A DNA stretch of 36,839 bases from Promethearchaeota archaeon (GCA_030615145.1 JAUWZT010000001.1:1-36839), one strand, 5' to 3'; positions 18,401 to 27,198 are shown, counted from the stretch's first letter. A program made the numbers and translations. Notes: generated by a model not told the origin, from the sequence alone.

Positions 18401-18909
18401 ACAATTGGTTCGATATCAATGATTGGTTCTACAGGTTTGATGATTTCATTCATGTCATCAATAATCCTTTTTACTTCTTCCTCAACCTCTAATTCCTCTT
18501 TGTCGATAATTTCTCCGGATTCTTCTTCTTTATCTCTATCAACATCTACAAAATCTTCAGCATCAGAAGCTATTGTAGGAATTATACCAACTTCTTGCAT
18601 CAATGCAAATTTAGCTGCGTTATTTAATGGCCGTTCCACCTCATCCTTTTTTGCTTCTTGAAGGATAGATAAATTTTCTAAAGATAATTCTTGATCAAGA
18701 GAGAATTGGATTTTTGAATCTTTATCTATTATTTCATTCCATTGGAAATCTTCAATAGCATCTAAACTGTTGTCTAAAAATTCTGAAATGTATTGCATAT
18801 GTTTATAATAACCCATTGAGAAGCCTACAAGTTGTCCTCTCTTTCTCATAAACCCTGCAATTGTGCCTTGCTTTATTCTACCTTCATCCTCAGAGGAAAT
18901 TTGAATCAC
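15493..18909 (-). CDS. top6B: DNA topoisomerase VI subunit B, atypically long (1138 aa)
   Basis: GHKL N-box SEFLDNSLDA (aa 42-51), G1 FDNGIGM (199-205), G2 KQTRGSQGFG. KPHP and the H2TH are at TISAFLQDSFVRISSKLAKEIL. The transducer has LSRFINRTPKL, WKNYKL and FKSQSKNALA (switch Lys). Large extra segments lie between these blocks, and about 250 aa follow them. The start is GTG. Confidence 0.93.
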   Translation of the reverse strand: MIQISSEDEGRIKQGTIAGFMRKRGQLVGFSMGYYKHMQYISEFLDNSLDAIEDFQWNEIIDKDSKIQFSLDQELSLENLSILQEAKKDEVERPLNNAAKFALMQEVGIIPTIASDAEDFVDVDRDKEEESGEIIDKEELEVEEEVKRIIDDMNEIIKPVEPIIDIEPIVIIRLRESEAAAFLTSELSQKNIMSYTFEMFDNGIGMTRRDLGKFGKYLASSKSLELKQTRGSQGFGAPSAFSDAQNTTGKPVVAVSKSKDTIYATASEFFTTSKNEKRYLVRPTEVDSPFLHGTYIKLNYLNVKYVRGYVDTFIRETALMNPHVTIIFIDPYGEEWIYRRVVSSFPKQPKYAKPHPLSTNIGDLQDLLIKSEKLTISAFLQDSFVRISSKLAKEILKIAERNLQDILSLLILNNGFVNKLKKNTDTINFLKFEKRIFGRSTKPRDKLIIYQVDSEELKAKYWELMKKYNQYEKDLEKIYREIKKHRHRIDKSETKKDIKKIEKEINNLLKQIENNSQNKEKIKNGLNTIFNTSIGLVEVKKLKNRSEFEDLVKEVQISKIKPSELTNVQFNSLFHAFKSVKYMAPPTDTAIPVGDVVLENTLIKEIGLKISTNIDDFDDPIDDIKDSIEGMRDEIIKKNAKNLSSGKDESLEKIVVNSEEVKIFNSKILASIDIKDRSVEPEKFRQTIQKNFISSEEVEKDSYQEIFEYFMESYTKDDDFISAETRAPTSGKGLAYAVEAVLAYCNDPKKLDTPKRSRDVLSRFINRTPKLRDSADCAITKAVQSVNWKNYKLETYDNNLPKGPIKLLINISGPYVHLMFKSQSKNALADDEELLKEIKYCLEAIGRRLRIYLNRRANIRKIEKRAGLIERYIPIFVQSLYNIAMQSDGKYKEKISETELETLMKDAIGVKKIPSISKEIEPTIKKEEIEKEKQKKIVVEWEKTIDKKEYISKKAEPRKEFLSERTLRNWTVNELKEYCIEKDILIAKSSTVRKSEIIKIIQDFYTKEKPEVITPLVKEREEFIKLKPVITRVVPEKRKQLRLVGGEETTQPIAIKKPIVRAPAPKPEPTQIELPIITTEKILDALSDEWQPITSLIFKMKIKEMMDARFLQIKLKELERKNSIVVSIIKNKKNWKLK

Positions 18910-18943
18910 ATCTTTTCTTATTTTTATTATTTTTATTTTAAAT

Positions 18944-18965
18944 ATCTACATATTTATATGTAGAT
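18944..18965. promoter_or_regulatory. Perfect 10-bp inverted repeat (ATCTACATAT-tt-ATATGTAGAT) in the top6B promoter region
   Basis: Read directly from the sequence: arms 18944-18953 and 18956-18965. The repeat lies 35-56 nt upstream of the top6B GTG. It overlaps TATA-like TTTATAT/ATATAAAT sequence. Confidence 0.4.
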
Positions 18966-19119
18966 TTATGAATACATTGACTAATATTAAACGAATATCC
19001 TAATTCTTTACTATTCAATCAATTTTTCTTAATGTATTCGGTCAATCATTTTGAACAGAAATTGAATTAGTATTTAAATCTTTTCTTTAGGTGAAAAAAT
19101 TTAAAAAGAAGGAGTAAGT

Positions 19120-20403
19120 TTATTTTGAAATTTCTCTGATTCGGTAATTCTCTAAGGCTACATCAATTATTTTAGAAGCTACATATCTTTTTGTATGTTT
19201 TTCAATATGAGTTATGTGTTTTTCTTTATTTATTATGTATACTTCATTATCTTTACTGTTGAACCCTATATCTTCTCGACCCACATCATTAGCAACTATT
19301 AAATCTGACTCAGATTTTAAAAGTCTATCGTAAGCGCGATCAATTAGCTCACTTCGAGAAACATTTGTCTCCGCTTTAAATGCGATAATAAAAAGATTGT
19401 AATCTTTCCTTCTTGCTATATCTAATATCTTAGGCGTTAATTTCATATTTACATTTAATTTATTTACTTTATCTGACGATATTTTTCCTTCAATAAGTTC
19501 CACTGGCTTATAGTCGCTAATTGCGGCAGCAGAAATAAAGAAGTCGTAATTATTATATGAAATTTCATCCTTTATGACTTTAGTAAAATCGTCTGCCGAT
19601 TCGACATGTTTTGTTTTAAGGTACTCTGGAATCTTCACCATACATTCACCAGCAACTAATAATACATCCGCACCTCTAGCAGAGGCTTCTTTTGCTATTT
19701 CGATACCCATTCGACCTGAGGACTTATTTGATAAATACCGAACATTGTCTATTGCCTCGCGACTTGGTCCAGCGGTGATTAATATTCTCTTTCCTTCAAG
19801 ATCCTTTTTCGTAATCAATAAATCAATAACTCTATCTATTATATCACCCACTTTTGCAATTTTAGCCTTTCCTTCAGATATTCGCGGACCTAATACGTCA
19901 ATACCATACTTTTTCAAAACTGAGATATTTTTTTCGATTATAGGATGATACATGCTTTCATGCATGGCAGGAACTACGACTATAGGGATAGATGAACCAA
20001 AAGCGGTTGAAATAATTGTTGTTACCGGGGTGTCGTCGATACCATTAGCGACTTTGGAAATAGAATTTGCTGTTGCTGGACAAACCAAAATTAAATCAGC
20101 TTTTCCAGCGGCATTAGGTCTATCACCCGCTAGAAAAACATGTTCAACTGATCCAGTCAAATGAGTAATTACAGGGTTTCCTGTAGCCCAATGCATTAAA
20201 GTTGGTTTTATTAACTCTGTAGCTGCTTTTGACATTACGGAAATTACATCCGCTCCTAAACGCATTAATTCTCTAGCAATTATTGGAGCGTTAATAACCG
20301 CAACCGAGCCAGTTAAACACATACATATAGTTTTTCCTCTTAAGATTGTTCCCTTGCTTTCTATAATGTCCTTGGATGGGTGCTGTAATCTGTCTTTTAC
20401 CAT
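19120..20403 (-). CDS. coaBC: Bifunctional phosphopantothenoylcysteine decarboxylase / phosphopantothenate-cysteine ligase (CoaBC/Dfp)
   Basis: The N-terminal flavoprotein half has ICMCLTGSVAVINAP...PAMHESMY. The C-terminal DFP half has ILITAGPSREAIDNVRYLSNKSSGRMG and AAAISDY. Size is 427 aa. Confidence 0.92.
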   Translation of the reverse strand: MVKDRLQHPSKDIIESKGTILRGKTICMCLTGSVAVINAPIIARELMRLGADVISVMSKAATELIKPTLMHWATGNPVITHLTGSVEHVFLAGDRPNAAGKADLILVCPATANSISKVANGIDDTPVTTIISTAFGSSIPIVVVPAMHESMYHPIIEKNISVLKKYGIDVLGPRISEGKAKIAKVGDIIDRVIDLLITKKDLEGKRILITAGPSREAIDNVRYLSNKSSGRMGIEIAKEASARGADVLLVAGECMVKIPEYLKTKHVESADDFTKVIKDEISYNNYDFFISAAAISDYKPVELIEGKISSDKVNKLNVNMKLTPKILDIARRKDYNLFIIAFKAETNVSRSELIDRAYDRLLKSESDLIVANDVGREDIGFNSKDNEVYIINKEKHITHIEKHTKRYVASKIIDVALENYRIREISK

Positions 20404-20879
20404 TTTTCAACGATTATTTTAATTAATATACTTAATAAAGTTATATTTTCAATTTAAAAATATTGCAATCCTTTAACTCTTTTTGTAAATTGGAAGATAA
20501 ATTTTTGATTTAAGTCGTTAAGTTGGAAAGCTTTAACTAACGGCTGAAACGACATATAATGAAAGATATATTTATTTTGCCAAAAATATATTTTTAAACT
20601 ACTTATTTTAAAAAAGAATAGAAAATATGTGATGCTGTTACAAAAAGCATCTTTTTATGGTATTGCGTCCATTTCCCCAGGCATTTTTTCTCACTTTGTT
20701 TGTTATGTGAATTGTTTTTAACTAATTCTTTTTTTAAATTTGAAACCGAATTGAAATGTTTATGTTAAGTTCTTTTGCAACAATTTATTAATTGATTTAT
20801 TTATTTAAACCCCTAAAAAAAGAGATTACTCTTTTATTTTTTAAAGCTAATGTTAATGAAAAATTTTTTTGAAGTAGTT

Positions 20880-22088
20880 TTATGCTGAATCGGAGGGGAG
20901 AATTGGATTGATAAGCAGGTTTCGAAAATCCTTAACCGAAGGATAGTCCCCATATTTGTTTATTATGAGTTTGCTTCCTATATTATACGAGAAAGCAGTA
21001 ATTGAATGTACTGGATTAAAAAATGATTTTATTCGATTTTTTATATTTTCTTGGCTAAAGATTTCAAAACTGGTTGCGTATCGAATTAATTTCTCTTCGG
21101 TCCACCCGTCAATAAGAGCATGATAAGTGAAATTATACCAGAAAAGCGATAGTTTTCCTTTTACTTTGCCTTGCGCTAATAATGCTTCAATAGAAGATTC
21201 TTTTGACGAGTCTTGACAAAATTCTCGTAAGCTAATTTCTGCTTGGTCTAAATAAGAGAAGAGCATATTAGCAGCGACTTCTGCTATACCTTCGCTAATT
21301 ATTAACTTGGGCGAGTTTAGTAGCAGGATTGAGTGTTCAAATTGACTTAAATCGCGATATAGCCTCTGTTCTTTGACAATAAATTCTGTATGATGGCCAG
21401 GGTACCCTTCGTGAGCGGCAGCAGACAAAAATAAGGTCCAATACATGTTATAATTCGGGTTAACTTCTATTCGGGAGCGAAAATTACCCAGGTACCAATT
21501 GTAATAAGTCCATTTAATTTTATTATTGTTGTTATTTTTTACTAGCTCTATATTAATGTGCTCACTTTCAGGTAAGAGATCGACAAATACTTCTTTAGTT
21601 CGCTCTCTCGTGATGTTGAGAGCTTTCTTAAATAGTCCAAAAACCTTACCTTTAGGAATCGTTCGCTGCACTCTTAAATCCTTCATGCGTTCTTCTAGAC
21701 TTCCAGAACCTTTATATGCTGCGTTAAACTCTTCTTTTAAGTTATCCAATTCAGATTCGTTAGCTGGCTGTAAGGCCACATCATATAACCTTAAAAATTG
21801 TTCCTTAAAAGGTATTTCGACTCCGTTTAATATCTCGATCGAAGTCCTCATCGCCGTTAACATTTTTTCTAAGTATCGCTCGCGTTTTTTATCGTAACCT
21901 TGTTTAAACAAATCTTTTTGTAGAGCTTTGCAATCTGCTAATAATTTGTTTGGTGAAGTTATAACCTCATTGTCAACGATTTTGCGTAATTTTTTAGGAC
22001 CAATATAAAAATCTACATATCCCTTATTGTGTTTGTGTATGTGAAGTGCTAAATGCAGAAATCTTATTCCATATTCAGATAATTTCAT
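20880..22088 (-). CDS. DUF885-like putative metallohydrolase, paralog 1
   Basis: Motif SAAAHEGYPGHHTEF, recalled as the HE-x-x-PGHH signature of DUF885. The family assignment is from memory, not from a search. It is a clear paralog of 34658..35845 along its whole length, and both end in LPSD. Confidence 0.6.
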   Translation of the reverse strand: MKLSEYGIRFLHLALHIHKHNKGYVDFYIGPKKLRKIVDNEVITSPNKLLADCKALQKDLFKQGYDKKRERYLEKMLTAMRTSIEILNGVEIPFKEQFLRLYDVALQPANESELDNLKEEFNAAYKGSGSLEERMKDLRVQRTIPKGKVFGLFKKALNITRERTKEVFVDLLPESEHINIELVKNNNNNKIKWTYYNWYLGNFRSRIEVNPNYNMYWTLFLSAAAHEGYPGHHTEFIVKEQRLYRDLSQFEHSILLLNSPKLIISEGIAEVAANMLFSYLDQAEISLREFCQDSSKESSIEALLAQGKVKGKLSLFWYNFTYHALIDGWTEEKLIRYATSFEIFSQENIKNRIKSFFNPVHSITAFSYNIGSKLIINKYGDYPSVKDFRNLLINPILPSDSA

Positions 22089-22319
22089 AGTTGCACCCGG
22101 TAATTTCGTCTTTGAATATGTAAATTTAAAATTTTATTCTAATAATCAAATACTAAAGATAATCGTCTACTAATAATATTATTCGGAATAAAGATTTAAA
22201 TAATTGTATTTGAGAATTGAGTTAATAATTATAATTGATTATATTAAATTATTGGTTTATTCAAGTCACGATGGGGTTTATTGTGAATTACAATTTAAAG
22301 CGTAACAGAAATAATTAAT

Positions 22320-24680
22320 TTACTCCTCAATTATATTTAAATTTAGTTTTAATTTTGAGGTATAAAACATTATCTTATTAAAAATATCTTGATCTATTTC
22401 TAGCTTTGCGCCTAAATTCAATATATTCGAAAACTGGTTACCGTAATAGGTTTTAAACAACTCGGATACATTATATAAGGCGTTTTTTTCAGAAGATTTA
22501 GATATTTTAGATTTTTCAAATTCATCTTTTCTTATTTTTAAGATTTCACTAGAATATTTGACAAATTGTGTATGTCGCATTTTTTTTAGGTCGAAAATCT
22601 TTGTACTTCCAATCTCTCTTACTACGAGTACATTTTTTGCGACTGAATGAATTTTATTGAGTAGTTTCGTTCTGAATTCATCCAAATTACTTATTTCGCT
22701 TAATAACTTCTGAATTATTTTGGAAAATGGTAAATCTAATCCAGCTAATTCAGTCGTTAAATTTAATAATATTAAAATTTGATCCGTTTTCTCTTCAGAA
22801 TTAGATTTTAATTCTTGGTAAATATATTCTCTTTCTTTATTTATAAAATCGAATAAAAATTTTCTAAAAGCTTTTACAAATTGACGATAGTTTGGGACAA
22901 ACAGTCTATTTGGGTTATTTGATATAATTTCATAAGCTTTAAAAGGGCTAATCTTTTTATCGAGAACTGATTTGATAAGAGATAAAGGGTAATATCCTTC
23001 AATAAATACCATCCCCTTCGAAATACTATTAATTGCGTCTTTAAACGAACATTTTGCGATTATATTGATTCTTTTAACGATATTTCCTTCGATTTTTACT
23101 GGTGTTTTTTGACAATAAACTAAATCGAAAGGTTTCAAGTCGTGAAAAAGAGAGTTGTTTTGATCTGGGATAACAATTTGAGCACCATATGCATTTACTA
23201 AACTACCTTGTCTTGGCTTACTAGCTAAATCCCATTCGATTATCATAAGATCGTTAATATTAGAATAATCTTGATCAATGTCGTAATTGTATTCTATAGG
23301 TTTACTTATTAATGAAAAAACATCTATAGAATTAATTTCATAACTATTTTCTTCTCCCCAGAATTGTTTTTTATAATAAAAAATATCTGGGAAGTTGTTT
23401 AAATCGTCTAAAAATAATTCTTTAATTATTAAATAGTTAACTCCAATTTCCGAAGATTTAATGGTAGATTCGTTTATTCCATAAAAACCGATGTGTCTTA
23501 TAACGTAATTGTAAGCTGGGTTTTTGAGATTCTCTTTATCGTGATTAACTATATAGGTGTTTCTCTTTTTTCTAAAGTCAACTTTAGATTTTTTAATTTT
23601 ATATTTTTCCTTAAGCAGATTGAGAAAGGCAAATTTCTTTAAATATACTTTCTTTTCTAATTCTTTTATTTCGCTTTTATAAGCCTTGTATTCGTCATAG
23701 TACGCATCTTTTTGAATCTTAAAAACTTCAAAATGCCTCTTCATTAGCTTTAGTTTATCTATTACGCAGAAATTCTCTATTTCGCTTTTAAAATACTTTA
23801 CAATTTCGCTTTTAAACGATTCAAAAGCCTTCAAAGGTATTAAATCTTTGAAAAGCGGATTAATTTTAACAAGCGTTTCGTAATTTTTTTTTATAAAAAA
23901 AGTTGACAAGTACATTTCATTAAAATCGTTTGAATTAGCCATTTTTTCCAATTTCTTAAGTATAGATGAAACAAAAGATTCGTTTTGAAATCTATAAACA
24001 TCTAATAATTTATCAAACGATTCTATAATTCTAAGTATGTCAAAAAATGTATATTTTGAGACCGAATTTAGAAATAATTTAATTCCTTTTTCTATGTAGT
24101 TATTATATTTGAGAAGATAGGGACCTAATTCGTTATCGTAGGCAGATTGCAGAAATTCAAAAAATTCAATATACAAATTGTTTTCAATTGCTGTTTTCAA
24201 ATACCTTTCAATAACCGTTTCGCACTCGTGTTGATTAATAATCGCTTTGTTTAAATAATTTAGTCCCTCAACACAATTTTCACTTTCAAAACAAGCATTA
24301 GCCAATTCCAAATAGTTTTTGCTCTTCTTTTTGGAACCAAAGTCTTCAGAAGTTAAATAAAAATCGTTAATATTATTGATAATTTTTAAAGAAATCGACG
24401 GTTTTATTATCGTTAAAAGTCTTATCAGATGAATACATATCTTATCATCTCTTTCGCTGTGTATTAAAAAAGTAGGACAATCGTGAAATATTTCATTTTT
24501 TTTCTCGTTAATAACTAGGTGGAATTCCCGGTCATTATCTAAAATGATTGATCTTATCTTTATTGGATCTTCTTTCAGTGAAATTATGTTAATTTTATTT
24601 TTCTGGAACTCAACTGATTTCTTATATATTTCAATTCCATATTTCTCAATTATTAATTCTGATAATTTAGTTTTTGTCAT
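22320..24680 (-). CDS. SWIM-type zinc-finger protein with TPR-like helical region and large uncharacterised C-terminal part (786 aa)
   Basis: aa 66-84 read H-D-C-P-T-F-LIHSERDDKI-C-I-H-LIRLL. This is a SWIM-like (C/H)xC...CxH pattern with the usual hydrophobic helix after CxH. YLELANACFESENCVEGLNYLNKAI looks TPR-like. I recognise no motif in the rest. The start lies 4 nt after the VWA gene stop. Confidence 0.75.
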   Translation of the reverse strand: MTKTKLSELIIEKYGIEIYKKSVEFQKNKINIISLKEDPIKIRSIILDNDREFHLVINEKKNEIFHDCPTFLIHSERDDKICIHLIRLLTIIKPSISLKIINNINDFYLTSEDFGSKKKSKNYLELANACFESENCVEGLNYLNKAIINQHECETVIERYLKTAIENNLYIEFFEFLQSAYDNELGPYLLKYNNYIEKGIKLFLNSVSKYTFFDILRIIESFDKLLDVYRFQNESFVSSILKKLEKMANSNDFNEMYLSTFFIKKNYETLVKINPLFKDLIPLKAFESFKSEIVKYFKSEIENFCVIDKLKLMKRHFEVFKIQKDAYYDEYKAYKSEIKELEKKVYLKKFAFLNLLKEKYKIKKSKVDFRKKRNTYIVNHDKENLKNPAYNYVIRHIGFYGINESTIKSSEIGVNYLIIKELFLDDLNNFPDIFYYKKQFWGEENSYEINSIDVFSLISKPIEYNYDIDQDYSNINDLMIIEWDLASKPRQGSLVNAYGAQIVIPDQNNSLFHDLKPFDLVYCQKTPVKIEGNIVKRINIIAKCSFKDAINSISKGMVFIEGYYPLSLIKSVLDKKISPFKAYEIISNNPNRLFVPNYRQFVKAFRKFLFDFINKEREYIYQELKSNSEEKTDQILILLNLTTELAGLDLPFSKIIQKLLSEISNLDEFRTKLLNKIHSVAKNVLVVREIGSTKIFDLKKMRHTQFVKYSSEILKIRKDEFEKSKISKSSEKNALYNVSELFKTYYGNQFSNILNLGAKLEIDQDIFNKIMFYTSKLKLNLNIIEE

Positions 24681-24684
24681 TCTC

Positions 24685-27198
24685 TTAAAATCTCGATTTT
24701 ATAATATCAGAAATTAATTTTGGAAAATCATTCCAATCTTTTATAGTTAATAATTGCCCTCCTGCGATTTTAACCATTTTTTTTGCTTCTTTTAAGTTAA
24801 AGGAGGATTCTGGGCAGACTAAGATAAAATCAATCCCTAAAGAGCGGAAAATTCTTAATGTTTCAATAGATTGCTGAAGGTCGTATATTTCAGCATCAGT
24901 AAATAATACATTCAGCTTTTCACGGGAGCTTGACTTTTCTTTAAATTGTTTTTTTGCCCATTCTAAGGCGCTTTGAAGCCTCGTACCGCCCTTAGCTGAA
25001 ACAGAGAGCAACTCATCGGCTAATTTTTCTAAATCTACTTTTTTAGATAATTCCTTTAAAACATGTGTATCTGACTCGAAAAAAGCAATAGCAATCTCAT
25101 CCTTTCTCATCCCATATACTAACATCGTCACACATATTGCCATATATGCTAATTTTTCTCCTGTCATCGAACCGCTTATATCTAGTTCAAAGCATAACGA
25201 CCGTAATCCTTTTGCGGTTTCATAGACAAAAAAATCGTCGTAATTAATATGATCTAATTTTTTACCCTTTTCTAGAAGATGAAAAATTGTTTCCTCCAAG
25301 TCTATATTTTCAAAGTCGTCTCCTATTGTGTAGGGTCTTACTATGTTAATAGGTGTAGGTCCGGTTGTTGCACTGCCTAAACGAGCCCTTGAGTAATAAA
25401 TTCCTAACTCAATTAGCATTTTTTTTGCTAATTCCTTAACCTTTAATTTAACTTGCTCTGGTAGACTATTTCTATGAATAAACCATTGTTTAAGGAGACT
25501 CTCACCAGTACCCGCAGATAAACACGCAATTACTTTATCTTGCGCTTCTTTGCCACCAATTTGCTGAGCACCTTTTAAAGCCTCAGTCAAATTAAAATGA
25601 CCAATTGCACCTAAAGCATCTCTATTATCGGAAGCTAACGCACTGCTTAAAAGCTCTCTAATTCTCTCTTTATTTAGTTGGTCTTTAATTTGATTCATTA
25701 AATTGTTAATTCGCTGAAAATCTGCTACCTTCTTTTCAATCGTTTTTTTAAGTAATTGATAGTTAGGTTCAATTAATTCGTATATTTCCTCTTCGGGCAT
25801 TTCAAGTTTTTTTCCAATTCTTTTAATATCTTCTGCTTCAGGATTTAATCCGATCTTTCTTAAGAATTCTGTTGCGTTTCTTAATTGCTCAGGTGTTTCA
25901 CAAGCCTCTAGTGTTCGAGAAATTAATTCAGGTAATTTTTGAGATATTTTTTGTCCACAGTGCATGTTTGGGCAACTATTCATTAATTGTTGCATTTGAT
26001 GAGAAAGCGATTTAAATGCTTCAAACTTAATATTTTGACTATTTGCCTCGTCGATCGCATTTTTCATAGCTTGGCTAAATAGCGAATTCCAAGATTTATT
26101 AGCAAATGCATTTTTTGTCAATATATCTAACGATAAATTCAATTGTTTATTTTGTTTTTGCAGATTTTGCATTTGCCCATTTAATTTATTTAGCAATTCT
26201 TCTCTTAAATTAGTACCAAAATATTGATCTAGCGAGTCTGCAAGGTTAAAATTATGCTCAAATGAAGATTGGTTTAGCGAATTATTCAAAACTTTGTCTT
26301 GATCAAACTTAGGAGTTTCGCCTAAAGTTTTTGCGGCATTAAATAATTGATCTAAATTATTTAGTTGGTTCTGAAGTTGATTTTTAATATTTTGGATTTG
26401 ATCTTTTATGCTTTGATTGTCCGAAGTCTCATTAATAAACTTTATAGACTTTAAAAGATCATCTAATTTGTTTGAATTAATTAGTTTTGATAAATCCTCT
26501 GAAATATCTTGATTATTGAGAGCTTTACTTGCGAGTTTTTCCCATTCCCTTAAGGAATTTTGCTGGATTAAGTCGTTTAAACCTAAATTCGAACCAGCCC
26601 TTAAATCGTCAGGACTCAACGAATTTATTTTTTGTTCTAGCCTTTTTTGGGCTTCTTGAATTAGTTTTTCTAAGGAAGATATCTCTTCTTTGTACAATTC
26701 CGAATCGTCGTTAAAAAAATTTAATGCGGATTTATATGGCTCTTTCTCCCTATTCGAATTTAATTCTTTAAGAAATTCCTCTAATTTTTGAATCTCATCT
26801 GTATCTATTGATTTTGTCGCCTCGATTTCGTCTATGATCTCTTGAAGTTGATCTAATTCAGACTTCATCTCGGATTCTACAAGGTCTTCAATAGATTTAT
26901 CAAATGTATCTTCGCTCTGAAAAAACGAGTCAATAATATCTTTTTTGTAATTTGGAAAGAGAATTTTAAAAGCAATATCTTTTGCTAATTCCTGATTGTC
27001 CGGAAATGAAGTTACGGTACTTATTTCTATGTAATCGTTAGGTGTCACAAAGCCCTTTCGATAATACCTTGATAAAATTAATTTTGGAATTGATAAAACT
27101 TGACGTGATGACGGAATTTGGATAATGTCGGCATGAGACCTCATTTTTCTAATGAAATCTACAGCAAATTCGCAAGGATTTTCAGGAAAAACTGCCAT
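24685..27198 (-). CDS. VWA (MIDAS) domain protein with long Q/N/E/K-rich coiled-coil linker (837 aa)
   Basis: The C-terminal VWA has a complete MIDAS: LDISGSM (about 25165-25182), AKGGT, FTDAE. The central roughly 450 aa are low-complexity helical (QIQNIKNQLQNQLNNLDQL...). The N-terminal roughly 90 aa are unassigned. An SD-like GGGGT lies 13 nt upstream of the ATG, in the 18-nt gap after the MoxR gene. Confidence 0.85.
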   Translation of the reverse strand: MAVFPENPCEFAVDFIRKMRSHADIIQIPSSRQVLSIPKLILSRYYRKGFVTPNDYIEISTVTSFPDNQELAKDIAFKILFPNYKKDIIDSFFQSEDTFDKSIEDLVESEMKSELDQLQEIIDEIEATKSIDTDEIQKLEEFLKELNSNREKEPYKSALNFFNDDSELYKEEISSLEKLIQEAQKRLEQKINSLSPDDLRAGSNLGLNDLIQQNSLREWEKLASKALNNQDISEDLSKLINSNKLDDLLKSIKFINETSDNQSIKDQIQNIKNQLQNQLNNLDQLFNAAKTLGETPKFDQDKVLNNSLNQSSFEHNFNLADSLDQYFGTNLREELLNKLNGQMQNLQKQNKQLNLSLDILTKNAFANKSWNSLFSQAMKNAIDEANSQNIKFEAFKSLSHQMQQLMNSCPNMHCGQKISQKLPELISRTLEACETPEQLRNATEFLRKIGLNPEAEDIKRIGKKLEMPEEEIYELIEPNYQLLKKTIEKKVADFQRINNLMNQIKDQLNKERIRELLSSALASDNRDALGAIGHFNLTEALKGAQQIGGKEAQDKVIACLSAGTGESLLKQWFIHRNSLPEQVKLKVKELAKKMLIELGIYYSRARLGSATTGPTPINIVRPYTIGDDFENIDLEETIFHLLEKGKKLDHINYDDFFVYETAKGLRSLCFELDISGSMTGEKLAYMAICVTMLVYGMRKDEIAIAFFESDTHVLKELSKKVDLEKLADELLSVSAKGGTRLQSALEWAKKQFKEKSSSREKLNVLFTDAEIYDLQQSIETLRIFRSLGIDFILVCPESSFNLKEAKKMVKIAGGQLLTIKDWNDFPKLISDIIKSRF

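Noticed and set aside
20404-20879. Replication origin in the long AT-rich spacer
   Set aside because: I found no ORB or mini-ORB-like repeated elements, only weak aRttggaaR duplicates. There is no orc1/cdc6 gene in the window. AT-richness alone is uninformative in this genome.
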